A stretch of DNA of 64,000 bases from Lepidodermella squamata (taxonomy: Eukaryota; Animalia; Gastrotricha): contig JBLDXI010000012.1 in the NCBI GenBank assembly GCA_047495785.1, positions 806,001-870,000 of the forward strand. Direction: 5' to 3'. The translations under genes were made by a program, and so were the position numbers. The notes beneath the pieces are model-generated. The model saw only the letters and a list, made by a program, of their open reading frames with translations, ran no database searches and was not told the origin of the DNA. Of this stretch, positions 13,116-26,041 are shown piece by piece. Numbering within the stretch: position 1 is the first letter of the stretch; every line of letters starts with the position of its first letter.

Positions 13116-14831
13116 GAGCCGCGACAAGTGAAAACCGTAGCTTACGCACTTGTGAGAAATTTTCACAAGAGCGCAAAGAAGGCTTGATAGGTGAATTTTG
13201 TCAAACTCGACTTTTCATGATTTTCTAGTGCAGTTTTTCATGAGGAATCTGCTGGTGCAATCCGATTTTCTCTGCGATGCATAGTTTTCATGCTATAACC
13301 TGACAATGCGAGTGCGTCAAAAACATGAAATTTACGCATTTTTCCTAGTTTTTGTGTTAAATTTGGGGTGCGCGTAAAACTTTTTACCATTACATTTTTC
13401 GAGCGAGAACACTGTATTCATTTGAAAGCTTGTTACTTGTAGTATTTTTAGACATAAAAACCGCCCATAAATTCGAAACTTGACCTTTGACGTTAACGCG
13501 CGGAATGCGGATGACTCATAAAAAAACGTCAAAATCCGAATTTTGAGTGCGATTTTTTCATCATCTCTATGATCAATGTAGCTTTTGGTGATCTGCCATC
13601 ATATCTATGAATAGGGCTAGGTTCCTGTGGCATGGATAAATACTGAATTTGAAGGAAGAGGATAAATCGCCGTTGAAATCAAGATTAAATCTTAGGATGA
13701 ATTTCATGGAAGAATACTGTTTTCTTTGTTTGCCCATCAATTTTCCGAATTTCCCCGTGAAATTACTGCTAGAGTAGAGCCAAGCAGCCTAGCTAGTATT
13801 GAAATTAATTATGTCTGGGACACGACATAGCCCCGAGGCTCATGTCAACAAAATATGATCACTTTTCGAGCATAAAATCTTCAATTCTTTATTTTTGGGA
13901 CCTCTCGCAAATTTTAAAAGTTATTTAACGAGCCATTATTGTAGCATGATTTTTGAAGTCAAGACTGCTATAGCTATGAATCAACATAACAAGCTCAATA
14001 CTATTGTTGATTGAGAGAAGAGGGATCGTCGATTTAACGGAAACTATCAAATTAGGCCATTGGCACTTCGCATTATTTATCCAAGCTAATCATTTCAGCT
14101 GGGCCTGTTGCAGATACTTTATTCGTACCCTGATTTTATCGTACCCTGAATGCAGAACGGCTAAAATGCCTGCCTTACACATTAAATTCTGTGAAAAATA
14201 AGCAATGTGCCGGTGGATGCCGATTGCGATGAAAAAACTTATGCAACGTGAGTGGATGTTTTGAGGACCGCTGTTAAGTCTGAAACTCAAATTGCGTCTG
14301 TGGTATGCTGCTTATTGGTTATAACGGATGTAGCCATATAAAAAGGCGAGCCTTTCAGCTCGTCGCAATTGGCGGTTTCGTTGGCACACAGCTTAAAAAC
14401 AGAGCATGAAAACAGAGACGCAAGAACAGTGGGGAATTGCGAAAATGAGTGTTTTGCAAAAAGAGTCAGATTAAGGTAGATCGACAGGGCTTAGGTTCAT
14501 AATAATGCAAAATTCAGAATCTACGACTCAAACTGCCCTAGTTGGTCAATAAAACCACTAAATGAGGTGTTTCGTCAACGCATTTTGCAAAGGTTTCATC
14601 GAATTTTTTCGCTATTATAATGTGCGAATCTTTATTTTTAGTTTTTTGCTTCTCCTGAAAAATTGCAATTTTAATGTGCGCGCACTCAATTGTTAATATC
14701 GTGAGAACGGTAGCAGATATTAAAAAATGGGTTTCAGATTTGGAATGAGCGCGAAAAACTGCATTAGGCCAGGCAACGAACTCGAATTTGAAAAAAATGT
14801 CGTAAGCTACGGTTTTCACTTGTCGCGGCTC
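13116..14831. mobile_element. Non-autonomous DNA transposon with 31-bp TIR and 4-bp TSD (Sola2-like termini)
   Basis: GAGCCGCGACAAGTGAAAACCGTAGCTTACG at 13116 and its exact reverse complement ending at 14831; ATTT duplicated at 13112-13115 and 14832-14835. Confidence 0.85.
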
Positions 14832-14999
14832 ATTTATTTTGCGTTAGATAGGAATAAGTGTCGAGTCCATCTACTATTAGTCCCAAGCATAAATGCCTGA
14901 TGTGTCTGGCAGATGCGGAGAAAGCGCAGAATCTGTCCACGTCCGGCATAACGTCTTGCATCATCCAATATGAGGACATTACTTTCGTTGCTCTTTGTC

Positions 15000-15570
15000 A
15001 TTACTTATGTCGAGGACAGATGAGAACAGTGCCCTAAGGTAGCTCCAGTATAGGGTCGCTACCCATACGGCGAAGCAAATTTACCGCACCCCGCGCCTGG
15101 AGACGCAGACACTCCATGCGTCCTCGCTAAGTCAAGCGTGATGCGGAGGTGGGACATCGCCTGGTTCCTAGCCAAAGGCACATGTTTGAGGCCTTTGCCC
15201 AGCAATCTGAAATCTGAGCAGGCCAGACGGGGCCCGCTCTGTGAGATCAATCATGCCAAACATCCCGAGATTTCGAATGCTGCAGGGTGAAAGTGGGAAG
15301 GAGACTGCGTCAGAAGACTCCCTGGCGCAGTAGGCACCGGCACCCAGTTCACATGGGTTAAGTGGTTACCATACGTTGATGCTGGAGAACTCAATTTCGC
15401 AGAAAGGGCAAGCATGTTCCCGTAACATGTGCTGGAGGAGGTCTAAGGTGAGCCTGCATGGTAAGCAATGAACAGTCTGTCCGTGAGGCGAGGGGAGCAT
15501 TGCCCAAGCCTTGCATAGCCCAAGGGCTACCAGAATGCTAACAAAGCGGGTCACATGATGTCAAATCCAC
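15000..15570 (-). mobile_element. Degenerate zinc-finger-like coding relic, probably the 5' part of the same retroelement
   Basis: GC-richer; broken frames with HCLPC...H...HACPFC and SHLR; same strand as 11035-11850. Confidence 0.25.
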
Positions 15571-15664
15571 CTGTTATTTATCATATATGTTTTTATATAG
15601 AATATCGCCAGGTTCGAAATTTCAGTAATTTATTAGGTTCACTGCTTTTATGTTATTGATGAAT

Positions 15665-16968
15665 TCAGCCGCTAATGCGTCGATAAAATTCGTCTGCTGT
15701 GACAGGCTTCCGGCATTTTTTGACGCAGGACCTGCCATCCGTTGAGGGTTGACAATAGCAGGGCTATTAATTAGTAAATTTAAAATGACCCTATAATTAG
15801 TTATTTAAATTATTATGATGACTCACATTATTAGCGACTTGTTCGCATTGGCAAACAGGGTCAGAGGAATCTCTTAGACACCTTTCGGCCATACCCTTCC
15901 ATTGAAATGAGTAGCGAGAATCGTCGCAAGAACCTTGTCTATTCGGAACATCCAAGCATTTGCACTACAATTTGGGGAAAAATTAATTTTTTTCAAAAAT
16001 TTAAATGTCAAAATTCTTACGCTATTATTTGCTGAGGGAGTTGGGGTTGCGGCAATAAATCGAACAAGGCTAGCCGGTATGCCTCCGTTATTCCGCGGAG
16101 GCCTTGTTGCCTTAGTCGGGCGACCACTCTGAGTCGTCCAAGAATCATCCGGCGTAGTATCAGGCGTATCCCAAGGATCCGAAGTTGTAAGCGGTTGTTC
16201 CGTAGGCGGGGGCGGGGTACCACCCGGACAATACAGGGCTGCTAATTTTTGATAATCACCCAAGGTCGGCGACATGATATTTCCTAGCTCAATATCAGGA
16301 TTATCATTCGCAACAATTGTCTTCAAACCAGGCGAAATCGCGAATCGATCACCGGCATAGTGCAGGCGGGATGTGATGTCGTAGGGGATGTTCATAATCT
16401 TCGGATCGATGAAGTCGTACTTCTTAAACGCATCCTTATACCGTGGTTCGATGTTGTCCCACTTAATCGAGATATAATTGTCTCGATCTGGTCTCTGATG
16501 CTCGGCAGGCAGGCCTAGGGCCTGCATAACCACCCAGTAGATGTAGCGGGGGCTTGAACAATTGCCGGATAGATAAATCGGCTGTTCGCCATCATTATTG
16601 TAGCCAATCGAGTCGGATAGGCAGCGAGAATCGCTGATGAAATTGATGTAATTATCCTCGTTGGTTCGTTCGCGAAAGGTCACGCAGAACCAGTCATTAT
16701 TCAAGGCAGCGAGTGAGTCTAATATCCGCTTTTTCTGGTACGGCTCGAACGATGAATCAATAGAGTATGGCACTATACCATTCGGCCAAATTTCCGAGTT
16801 GAAACCGGGCAATGTATCATCTTGGCCTGTATTACGATCGATTTCAACGGGTCCTCCTGTTAGGGGAACCAAATTTCAATTCCTGAAATTCAAAATTAGA
16901 TAAAAAAATTTACCGCTTGCGTAATTTAAGCTGGCGAGAGTTATGAGAGTGAAAAAATACAGGATCAT
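15665..16968 (-). CDS. Secreted astacin-fold pseudoprotease, copy 2 (recent duplicate of copy 1)
   Basis: High nucleotide similarity to 9189-10437 including flanks; WVVMQALGLPAEH; SRLHY; tail CKCLDV...PCYC...CVKKC. Confidence 0.87.
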
Positions 16969-18535
16969 TTTTAAGCTTTTTACTTCTTCTGACAGAAATG
17001 AATGCACCAAAGCTGAGAGTTTGGCTGTGTTTAAAAGCCGAAAATTCGTGCTCAGTATTCATTCCTTCCACGCTCACGTTTTTTTCTTACGCGAAAATTC
17101 CAAATACGCAACCTTAACGACCAGCTTCGCGTCATTTTCGTGACTTGCATTTTTTGCATCAAATAAAATTATGAACTGTTCTCTGTTGAAATAAGGCTGG
17201 CACTTCTGCTGATTGACGACCAAATTAACGTAAACACGTAAACTACGTCATTTTTTGAAGCTGCTAAAAAAACTTGAAATGAACAGGTTTACTGATGCCA
17301 ATGAAGTGTGATTCAGACTCGACTTTCAATTCCGAAAATCTGAATTTTTTTAATACAAATGCCCTCGGAGCCAAGTGGCTCGAACCTATTTGTCACTGCT
17401 TCCTCATTATACTGTTCGAAAACATTTGTCGACATTTTTTCGCTGAGTTTTTTCAGCTTCAGAAGGGCGCCAAGACGCCTGACCGTTCATATAAAGGCCC
17501 AAACCTTTTCATTTTTGAGGGTCTATTCGCCATAAAAAGTGAAGTCCGATTTGAAGAAGTACAGCCGGAGAAAAGTTTCCCGAAAATTGCGCAAAAAACG
17601 CGCATTTTGTGAAAAGATCCAGCTTAATGAAAACTGCTTTGAATTAATATTCCAAGTGTTCCAAGTTTCCAGCGTGAGTTTCCTCTCCTGTTCTTCTGCT
17701 AGGTCCACAAAACTTTTTCCCACTAAGACGAAAAAAGCGAATTAATCGAAACCCTGATACCTAAGTATAATTAGTACTGTTGATCTTAAAGTCTCATTGT
17801 GGAATTTCATGTGTGTTAATGAAAAGAAATTAAAAAAATTGTCTTTTAGCCTCAAATTAATTACAAGGACACTTTCGAGATTTTTCAGTAGATACAATGG
17901 CGTCTCTCGTGAATTCGTTCTTCTGCTGCCATCAGATAACGTTGAATCTTTTACATTTCATATAGCTGCCATGGCCGCACCAGAAAAAAAAGTACACGGC
18001 AATTAGCGCGCAATTTTTACGCGCATGAGAGTCGCGCACAAAAGAGCCAGCCGGGATGCATCATAATAGCCGGTGCGCTGCAAGCAAAAGTCTCAATTAT
18101 CGCAAGTAGTCGACGTCGTCGTCTATTTAACTGCTGTTCGTGCCCGAGAGGTGTTCTTCTCACAGCGCCGGGTCCACTAATATGGCAGACACCCGGTGCG
18201 CGCGCTATTGTCGTGTTCCCACACACGTGCAACACGATGACCACCAGGCCGAATTTATTAAGTCCGGAAAGCTGTGCAGCCGCGGCTGTGAAAAAATGTC
18301 GGCCGAGTTGGCGAAAACAACGGCTTTCTCGTGATGAGATAACTTCTTCTGTTCATCGAGCGCGCTTACACATAATGAGGTTGTGTATCGCTCATCAGCA
18401 GCAGCAAAAATTGCCGTCGTCTGCGTAAGACTTACATTTCATCACAGCTATATTATACGATTAGACTAATCTGCGAGCCGCGGGCTAAATTGTCCAGCCA
18501 CTGATGCGAAAATAGTCTCACATTTCTTCAAGACG

Positions 18536-21385
18536 ATGAACTTTCTAATCACTGGCCTAACCTTTATGACTCTATTAACAACCAATGTGGTGCAATCTAG
18601 AATGGTGAGTCATAATATCATTACCGAAATAAAATCAACGCAATTATACGATCATTTTTCAGTGCCCACTCCCGGAGTTGGAAAACGGCCGGTTAGTTGT
18701 TTTAGGGCAGCGTTTGGCTGATAATTACGCGGCTGCTAATGCTTTTGTTGTCGTGAATTGCAATGTTGGATATTCGTTAACCAACGGATCGGCAGTCAGT
18801 CAATGCGATGAGTCTGGAACTTGGACCGGCGGCATTGGTTCATGCGTGAAACCTCCCGAAGGTAAGCGAGTCAAATCTCATGATCCATATCTTAAAATTC
18901 ATTTCTTTTACTAGATCCCGGAGACTGTAGGAAAAATCTAAGGGTTGAAAATGGCGTGCTCGTTGCAACTGAAACTCCGAGAAATTACAAAATTCAGTGC
19001 CAGGATGGGTACGTCCTATCTGGAGCAGCGACTGTCTACTGCTTCGACGAGAGATCTTGGACTTTCCCAGGGGCATGCAGGCCACGCCAACGTAAAATAA
19101 GTCATCACTAAAAATAATTTTTTAATTTTTTAATTATAGCCGTCGAAGCTCGATCTGCCAGTTCCATTTCACGCTGGACTAAACAGGTAATTTATTTTAA
19201 TTTTTCAAGAAATTATTTCAACTTTTATTATTAGTGTTTTATTCCTGAAATCCATACTGGTCTCGTATCCGTAAATGGCGGGCCGAACTTCATTCCTTAT
19301 AAATTTGCGATACCTGCTGGAACCAGGGTCAAGGTCTCTTGTTCACCTGGGTTCAAACCGGAAGGTCCCCACGAGAGCGTTTGCGTTGGCGGGGTCATGT
19401 GGGCGCCTGGGCCTCTCAATTGCGTGCGAGTTGCATCGAAAACACGTAATTTTAGCTATTTTTTTAAGGTGGGATTTTTAATTTTGCTCACAAAATCTAA
19501 AGCGCCGCCAGAAATTCAGACAACTACTACTGAAGCTACAACGGCTGTGTCTAAAATGTTCACGGGTTTTCTATCGCAAGTCAGATGTGAACTCCCGCCA
19601 ATCGCAGCTGGGTCCTACTCTGTCAACGGAGTCTTCGTGAAGGGATTCGTGCGGCCTGGCATGGCCGTCTCGCTTCAGTGCCCAGAGCATTTCGATGCGC
19701 GAGATGGCCACGGCTCAGCTTATTGCCAGCTCGACGGGCATTGGTCTCGGCTCATGGGAAACTGCGTTCCAAAACAGCTGCAAAGTCATTTTTTGAACTC
19801 AAGACGGGTAGGAGAATTCTTTTAATTCCTATATCTCAAGATTTAATATTTTGTGCTGTAGTGCTTCGTTGTTCGACCGCCTAATGGACAAATTTTGATG
19901 AACGGCGCCCCCACCCATTCTAACGAATTGTATCAAGTTTACCCGGGTTCAAGGATTACTCTCAAGTGCAACGAAGGCTACGACATCAAAGATGGCCCAA
20001 GTGAATCTTCCTGCGAATCAAGTGGAATATTGACACCATCACTCGGTCGATGTGCTCAAATTGCTACAAGTGAGTATTAATTGAAGAAAGAATAATTCCT
20101 AAATTTTCAAATTAATTCTAGCACCCCCCTCAAATTATGAACCATTTGAAGCTAAGGATGGGACTTCTATTTGGGTTTGCGATCAATTAATTCCTCATAA
20201 CTTGGCCTAAAAATAATTTCTTCTAATTCAGTGCCCAGTTAAGCAGCCAGATCATGGAGCTGTGATTCTTGAAAAAGCCCATCGAAAGAGGGACATAACT
20301 TTGCTACACCAGATTGTCGCTGGAACTAAGGTGACTCTCCGTTGCGATGTTGGCTACACAATAAATGGCCAGAGTACTGCGGAATGCGGCATTAATGGAT
20401 TTTTGTCAAACCCAATCGGCGAATGTGTTCCTATTGTGAGAGAATCGATAGGTAATTAATCCTCCTTAATCGAAATCGCGTTTGATTACTTTAATACATA
20501 GATATACCTATGCCCAAGCCGTTCAGTCCTATGAACTCGCCTGGCAACGATCTACTATCCCCACGAGCCTCTCGTCCATCGATGAATAGGAAAAATCCTG
20601 TTAGGAAAACATCAACCGCAACCTCAATCCATCAGGTGGAAGTTGTCGACCAGCTGATAAATGCTGCGAAAGGCGGAAACGTCATCGCTGTCGATTTTCT
20701 AATTTCAAGAGGCGTCAATAGGGACAGTCGTGATAAAAACGGACGAACAGCGCTGATGTGGTCGGCAAGTCTTGGCCACCTTGAAATCGTGAAATACCTT
20801 ATCGAACGCGGTGCTGCAATCGATTTGATGGATATCAACGGCTACAGTGCTCTTATGTTTGCTGTTCATAACGGGAAACTCGCTACAGCTACGCAATTAG
20901 CCCAATCAGGGGCGAACGTTAACGTCAAGTCAAAGGACGGCCAAACCCCCTTAATGATCGCAGTCAAGACCGGAGATCCTTCATGCGTGCAAATGCTACT
21001 GCAACACAAAGCGGATGTTGATGACTTTGACGTGACTGGAGGCACTGCTTTAATACTAGCTGCGAGGAAGGGCAATAAGCAACTCGTAGATCTGCTATTA
21101 AAAAGTGGGGCAGACGTTGATGCGGCTGATTATGGCGGCGTGACCTCGCTGATGTACGCATCTCGATCTGGGTCAAATGACGTTGTTATGAGGCTGCTGG
21201 ACAGCGGGGCTGACCTAAATTCGCGGGATGTTTATGGGCAAACAGCGGTGATGTACGCCGATTCTTATAATCATGTTAACACAGTCAAGCTTTTGCTGCA
21301 ACGACAGGCGATTTTAACTGAAATCGCTAAATTGAAAGGTATGGTATTGAGTGATGATGTGAAACACGAAAGACAACAGCGGTAA
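18536..21385 (+). CDS. Secreted protein with six Sushi/CCP domains fused to ~7 C-terminal ankyrin repeats
   Basis: Hydrophobic N-terminus; six exon-encoded C..C-x-x-G(Y/F)..C..C modules; intron 20452-20501 joins ATA G|AT ATA CCT ATG in frame with the ankyrin ORF (GRTALMWSA, GYSALMFA, GQTPLMIA...). Confidence 0.75.
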
Positions 21386-21680
21386 AAATTGGATGTAAAT
21401 TGTAAAAAATTGTAAATTATATGTTATCACTTTGTATTACAGTGTTTGAATCCTTGCTCAATTTTAATAAATAACTGCGATTGTTTTTATCTGGGAAAAT
21501 TTTGTTACATTAACTTCCGTTTTCCATCGTTTCCGGTTATTTTTTCATATTCAAGCTAACAGCGTAATAAAAAACGAACACTAGGCACGCACGAAAGCAC
21601 GGTCCACCTTAAATGCGAAAGCACGAAAGCACGGCTTTACATGCAGAAAAGCTTTTTTCTAGCTTAAAGCTTCAACAACT

Positions 21681-22943
21681 ATGATGAAGATACTTTTGTC
21701 TTCTTTCGTTGCCTTGCTGCTGGCCTTCTCAGTGTACGCAGATGATACCAGCTACGAAGAAACAGGGGGACAATCGTATGACGATGGGGGAGAGGCAACT
21801 GTCAAGCTAGGACCTCACGAACTACCCGGCTTTAACTCGTCCACCTGGGACAAAGTAGTGCCTTACAGCATCGATAAAAACTTTGAAGAATACGAAGTGA
21901 AACGTATTGAGGACGCGATTGAAGTGTTCAACTCACAAGCAATCTGTGTCAGTTTCCGCCCTAAAACCGAGAGCGACGAGAACTACCTGAGCTTCGTTCG
22001 CGATCCTAGCCTTTGCAAGTCCAACTACATTGGCTATGCAGAGGTTGGCGAACAAATCGTGTACCTTGCCCCGAACTGCTCGACGGCTCGTTACATTTAC
22101 TGGGTCTTACTTCAAGCTTTAGGACTACCCGCCGAACACATGAGACCAGATCGTGATCTTTACATCAATATCAAGTGGCCGAATATCGAGAAAGCTTACC
22201 ACTCGGCGTTTTACAAATACAAGTACATCGACTCACGTATCGCATCGCTTGAGTACGACTACGAGTCTCGCCTTCACTACAGCGAAGATAAGTTTGCCGT
22301 ATCGCGGAATGTAAGGACGATAGTGGCGAACGATGTCCCTGACAGGCCGCTGGGGAACCCTCTTCAGCCGACATTCTACGACTACAAGAAAGTTGCCGCT
22401 CTTTATTGCGACGACACTATTTCCAAGGAAACAGTGACCATTCAACCACCTATTGTTGTTACAGTAACAGATAATGACGACGAAACTGGCAAGACGATGA
22501 AGAATATCACTGTACCAGGGAGACCCCGTCCTCCTCGTCCGAATGCTATGCCTGGGAGCATCGCTGGATTGATGCCAGTTGTTGAGAATATCCTGTCGAG
22601 CCGCAACATCTCTGCTAACTGCAGCTGCTTCGATAGACCGATCAACAACTCGTGCACAGATCAATACGGTTTCGAGTTCAAAGAAATGGCGAGCCTGTGT
22701 AGGGACCCTGCTAAAAGGGGTTCCGTTATCTGCGAGTGTGAGAAGCCCAATATGAACGTAAGCTTGCTATGATACAATGTTCCCGACATAAATCTAACAC
22801 TTTAATTTCAGCCGTGCTCCTGCGTGGCAATGACAGCTCCAGGCTGTACTGGACCCATTTGCAAAGTCACAAGATGTGTGAAGAAGTGCAGAGATTCACT
22901 GGTTACCTCCTACGGTTATGGGCGATACGCGTCGCCGAAATGA
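21681..22943 (+). CDS. Secreted astacin-fold pseudoprotease, copy 3
   Basis: Signal peptide; WVLLQALGLPAEHMRPDRD; SRLHY; Cys-rich tail completed by the exon from 22812 (PCSC...CVKKC). Confidence 0.87.
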
Positions 22944-23053
22944 GACAAAATTTGACCAAAAACTACAAACTACATGTTATCCAAGAGAAAGATAATAAAA
23001 CGAATGATTACTAAACAACCACAATATTGCTTTTTTATTGTCAAAAGAAATCT

Positions 23054-24070
23054 TCATTTAGCACCACCTCTCTTTCTGCTGATTGATAGCTTTCGCATCA
23101 AGCTTTGCATTTTCTTTGCTCTTGAACTGCTCGTTCTGAGAGGAACGGCTTCTTCGGTCTCAGTGCCAGGGTTTTCAGCATTGTCCTTTGATACTTGACG
23201 ACTCGAACTGGGTTGATCAGCCAAAGCTGGTTTTTCCGATATCTGTTCCTCACTAGAGTGTGGTCGAAACCTTCGGGCGAATCCTTGCGCAGTGGTCGTG
23301 ATGGAACGCGCCGCATTTTCCAGGAAATTAGACCTCATTTTGGTAACGTATGATTGCTGTTCTTCTGGCGTTTCAAGATATTTCAATTTGCCAGTCCTGT
23401 CAATTCGCACAAAGGCACCGCCGTTTTTCTCTAGTAAGACCAATGAGTAGCGCATGTCGCTGTTGGACTTGTAGTGAGGTACGAAATATACGATGATCAC
23501 CCATCTTTCTTCCTCCGGGTTTGGAAGATGAGTCACGCCAACCATCTTGATCTAAAATGAAACGAATGATAATTATCGGCTTTGAAAGCTACTTAACAAT
23601 CACTTACGTGAAAATGTTTGCGTGCTTCGACGGAAGGATGGAAGCTTCCCAAAGCATCTCGGATGACCATTTCATATTGCTGCTTGGAGTTATTTCTGGT
23701 GAATTGCAATCCTTCAGCCCGGCCATCCCTCGTGCATCCGAATACCAGAGCTCCACCGTGCTTCGAATTGAGAAAGCCGTTACCGTGCATCGTTGTTTCT
23801 GCTTTTACTCTCGAGAGCTTGGATGCTAGAAATTAAAAGTATTATAATTACTTTAAATTCCGGTTTGGACAACTTACGGTCTCGGATAGCTGCATATTCA
23901 ATGTACGGCTTTCCCGCAAATCGCCTTGAAAAAAGCTGTTCCCCATGCCGCACCGTCCTAGTATTACCAATGACATCGGCGAGTTTGATTGACCGAGGAG
24001 CCAGTTTGTCCTGTGATGTCGGCGCTTCGGGATTGGCGTTGAATAAAGGCGCCGATGGTCCGTGAAACAT
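23054..24070 (-). CDS. Schlafen/AlbA_2-domain-like protein (3 exons)
   Basis: KPYIEYA...NGFLNSKHGGALVFGCTRDGRAEGL resembles the AlbA_2 AFLNS-GG-L-IG-DDG motif; C-terminal FVR motif. Confidence 0.65.
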
Positions 24071-24521
24071 CTTTGAGTTTTGCAGCGATTCGATAAATGA
24101 TTCGCCTCATTTTTAGTGTGCGGCGGATGAGATTCAATTAAGATGGACCATTCATTTTCACTAATTTCTGATTGTTTTTCGACGTCTTTTGAATTCTTGT
24201 TTTCCTCGTGTTCTAGTGAACGTTCACCCGGAAATGAACCAAGGAAAGGAATTCCTATCTTAGTTATGTGGAAAACATTAGGATTAGAATTGGGAATTGT
24301 CTTGGGACTAATAGAGAATATCTATTAGTCCCAAGGGAATTGTGCCGTTTAAGTTTTGTTCAATCTTGGGAAATTTCCCCAACAAAATGTTGAGCAAATC
24401 GACTAAATTATTGAGCAACATCTCTCTTCTTGAATTGGAAGTTTTTATTTTTCATCTTTGGCATGGACCTCAAGAGAAACCGACTTTGCGTGTTTATTTC
24501 TGTGGTTTGACTATCATACAA

Positions 24522-25379
24522 TTAAACTTGTTTTCTCGAACTGGTTTTACCAGCCAAGCCACTGTTCTTGGATTTTTGATCAACTTCAACATCTGATTCT
24601 GAGCGAAATCGTCGAACGAGGTTTTGAGCGGAATGTGAAATGGAACGCGCAGCTCGTACGAAGAGTTTTGCTTTAGCTTTGACGAACGAGCTCTGCTCTC
24701 TGGGCGTTCGGAGATGTATCATCTGACCAGTATTGTCGTCCCGGACGTAGGCTTCACCGTTTTTCTTCATTAAGACCAACGAATAACCCTCATTGCTGTT
24801 GGGCGCGTGATGGGGGTAGAAAAATATCATTACCACCCAGAATTTTACACCTGGCTCGCCATGCTCGCAGTGCGTCACGGGGACTTTCTTGATCTAAAAT
24901 AAAGAAAAATTGAGACATAACCGCCCATATTACTGGTCCCCGTGCCTTACTTGATAGTGCTCATTTAATTGAACAGGCGGTACGAAATCTCTCATAGCCT
25001 CTTGAATGGCAGTATCGCATCGTTGAACATCGTTTTCATCAACAAATTGCAACCCTTCAGCTCTACCGTCAGGCGTACATCCAAATACCAAAGCGCCACC
25101 GTACTTTGAGTTAAGAAATCCGTTAGCGATACTCGCTGTTACGTGTTTCATCACAGTCAAAGTGTAGTGCGATGCTGAAAATCGATAATAATATAGAAAG
25201 AGATTTAGGAAATCAAGTTGGGAACCTGGAATAACAGCGTATTCGATGTATGGTTTTTCTTTGAATCGGATTGTGAATAAAGAATACCCATATCTCACGC
25301 TTTGAATTTGATTAATAGCAGGGATAAGTTCGGAGGGTCGGATAGCCGATATTTCGCTGATTCGCTGTCCGTTGATCAT
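24522..25379 (-). CDS. Schlafen/AlbA_2-domain-like protein, tandem paralog (3' end uncertain)
   Basis: KPYIEYA...IANGFLNSKYGGALVFGCTPDGRAEGL...YVRDD; same exon layout as its neighbour. Confidence 0.65.
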
Positions 25380-26041
25380 GGTAGATCTTTGAACTCAACA
25401 AAAGCCGGGGAAGTTGGAACAGTTTCGAAATAATCATGCGGAACAAATAAATATTTATGCTGGATCATTTATTTTCACACTCATCCTTGTTATCTGACTC
25501 TTTCTGCTTTTGGCGTTATCAATTTACATATCCATGTCCATTTAGAACAAACCAATCTCCAATCTCTTTGAGGTCTATAAGAAAAAGGTGCTTCAAAGGT
25601 CTATTTAAGGCTCGATACTGATCTTGATGTTAAAGCCTAAAATCCGAAGCTGCATGTCGCAGGCATTGAATACTTATTGATTCCTTTTTCTACGTCACGT
25701 TGACAATTCTCACAAATGTCTGTTTTGAAAAGGAAGACAGTCAAATTCTTTCGCTCTGACATGATTGCTATTGTGGTCGTAATCGCAGAAAAAGGGGATG
25801 GCAGTGCGAGTTTAATGGTAGCTTCCGCTTTCAGCTTTTCAGGATGTTACCTGCATTTGTTGCCTTTCACTTCCATACAAAAGTGTGTGCTCGACAGGCA
25901 TAAAGAATTCTGGCTTCTTTGTTCAACAGATGCAAAAAATGGTCACGTTTGCGGTGACGTAGCCCAGTTGACTACTTATAAAGTATCCCTTTCTTGCCAT
26001 TTATTCAACATTCAACTACTCTGTTCATTCTTTTGTTGAAG

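Noticed and set aside
18469-18481. 13-mer AATCTGCGAGCCG shared with ~54282, upstream of two secreted-protein genes
   Set aside because: A single 13-nt match is expected by chance in 64 kb
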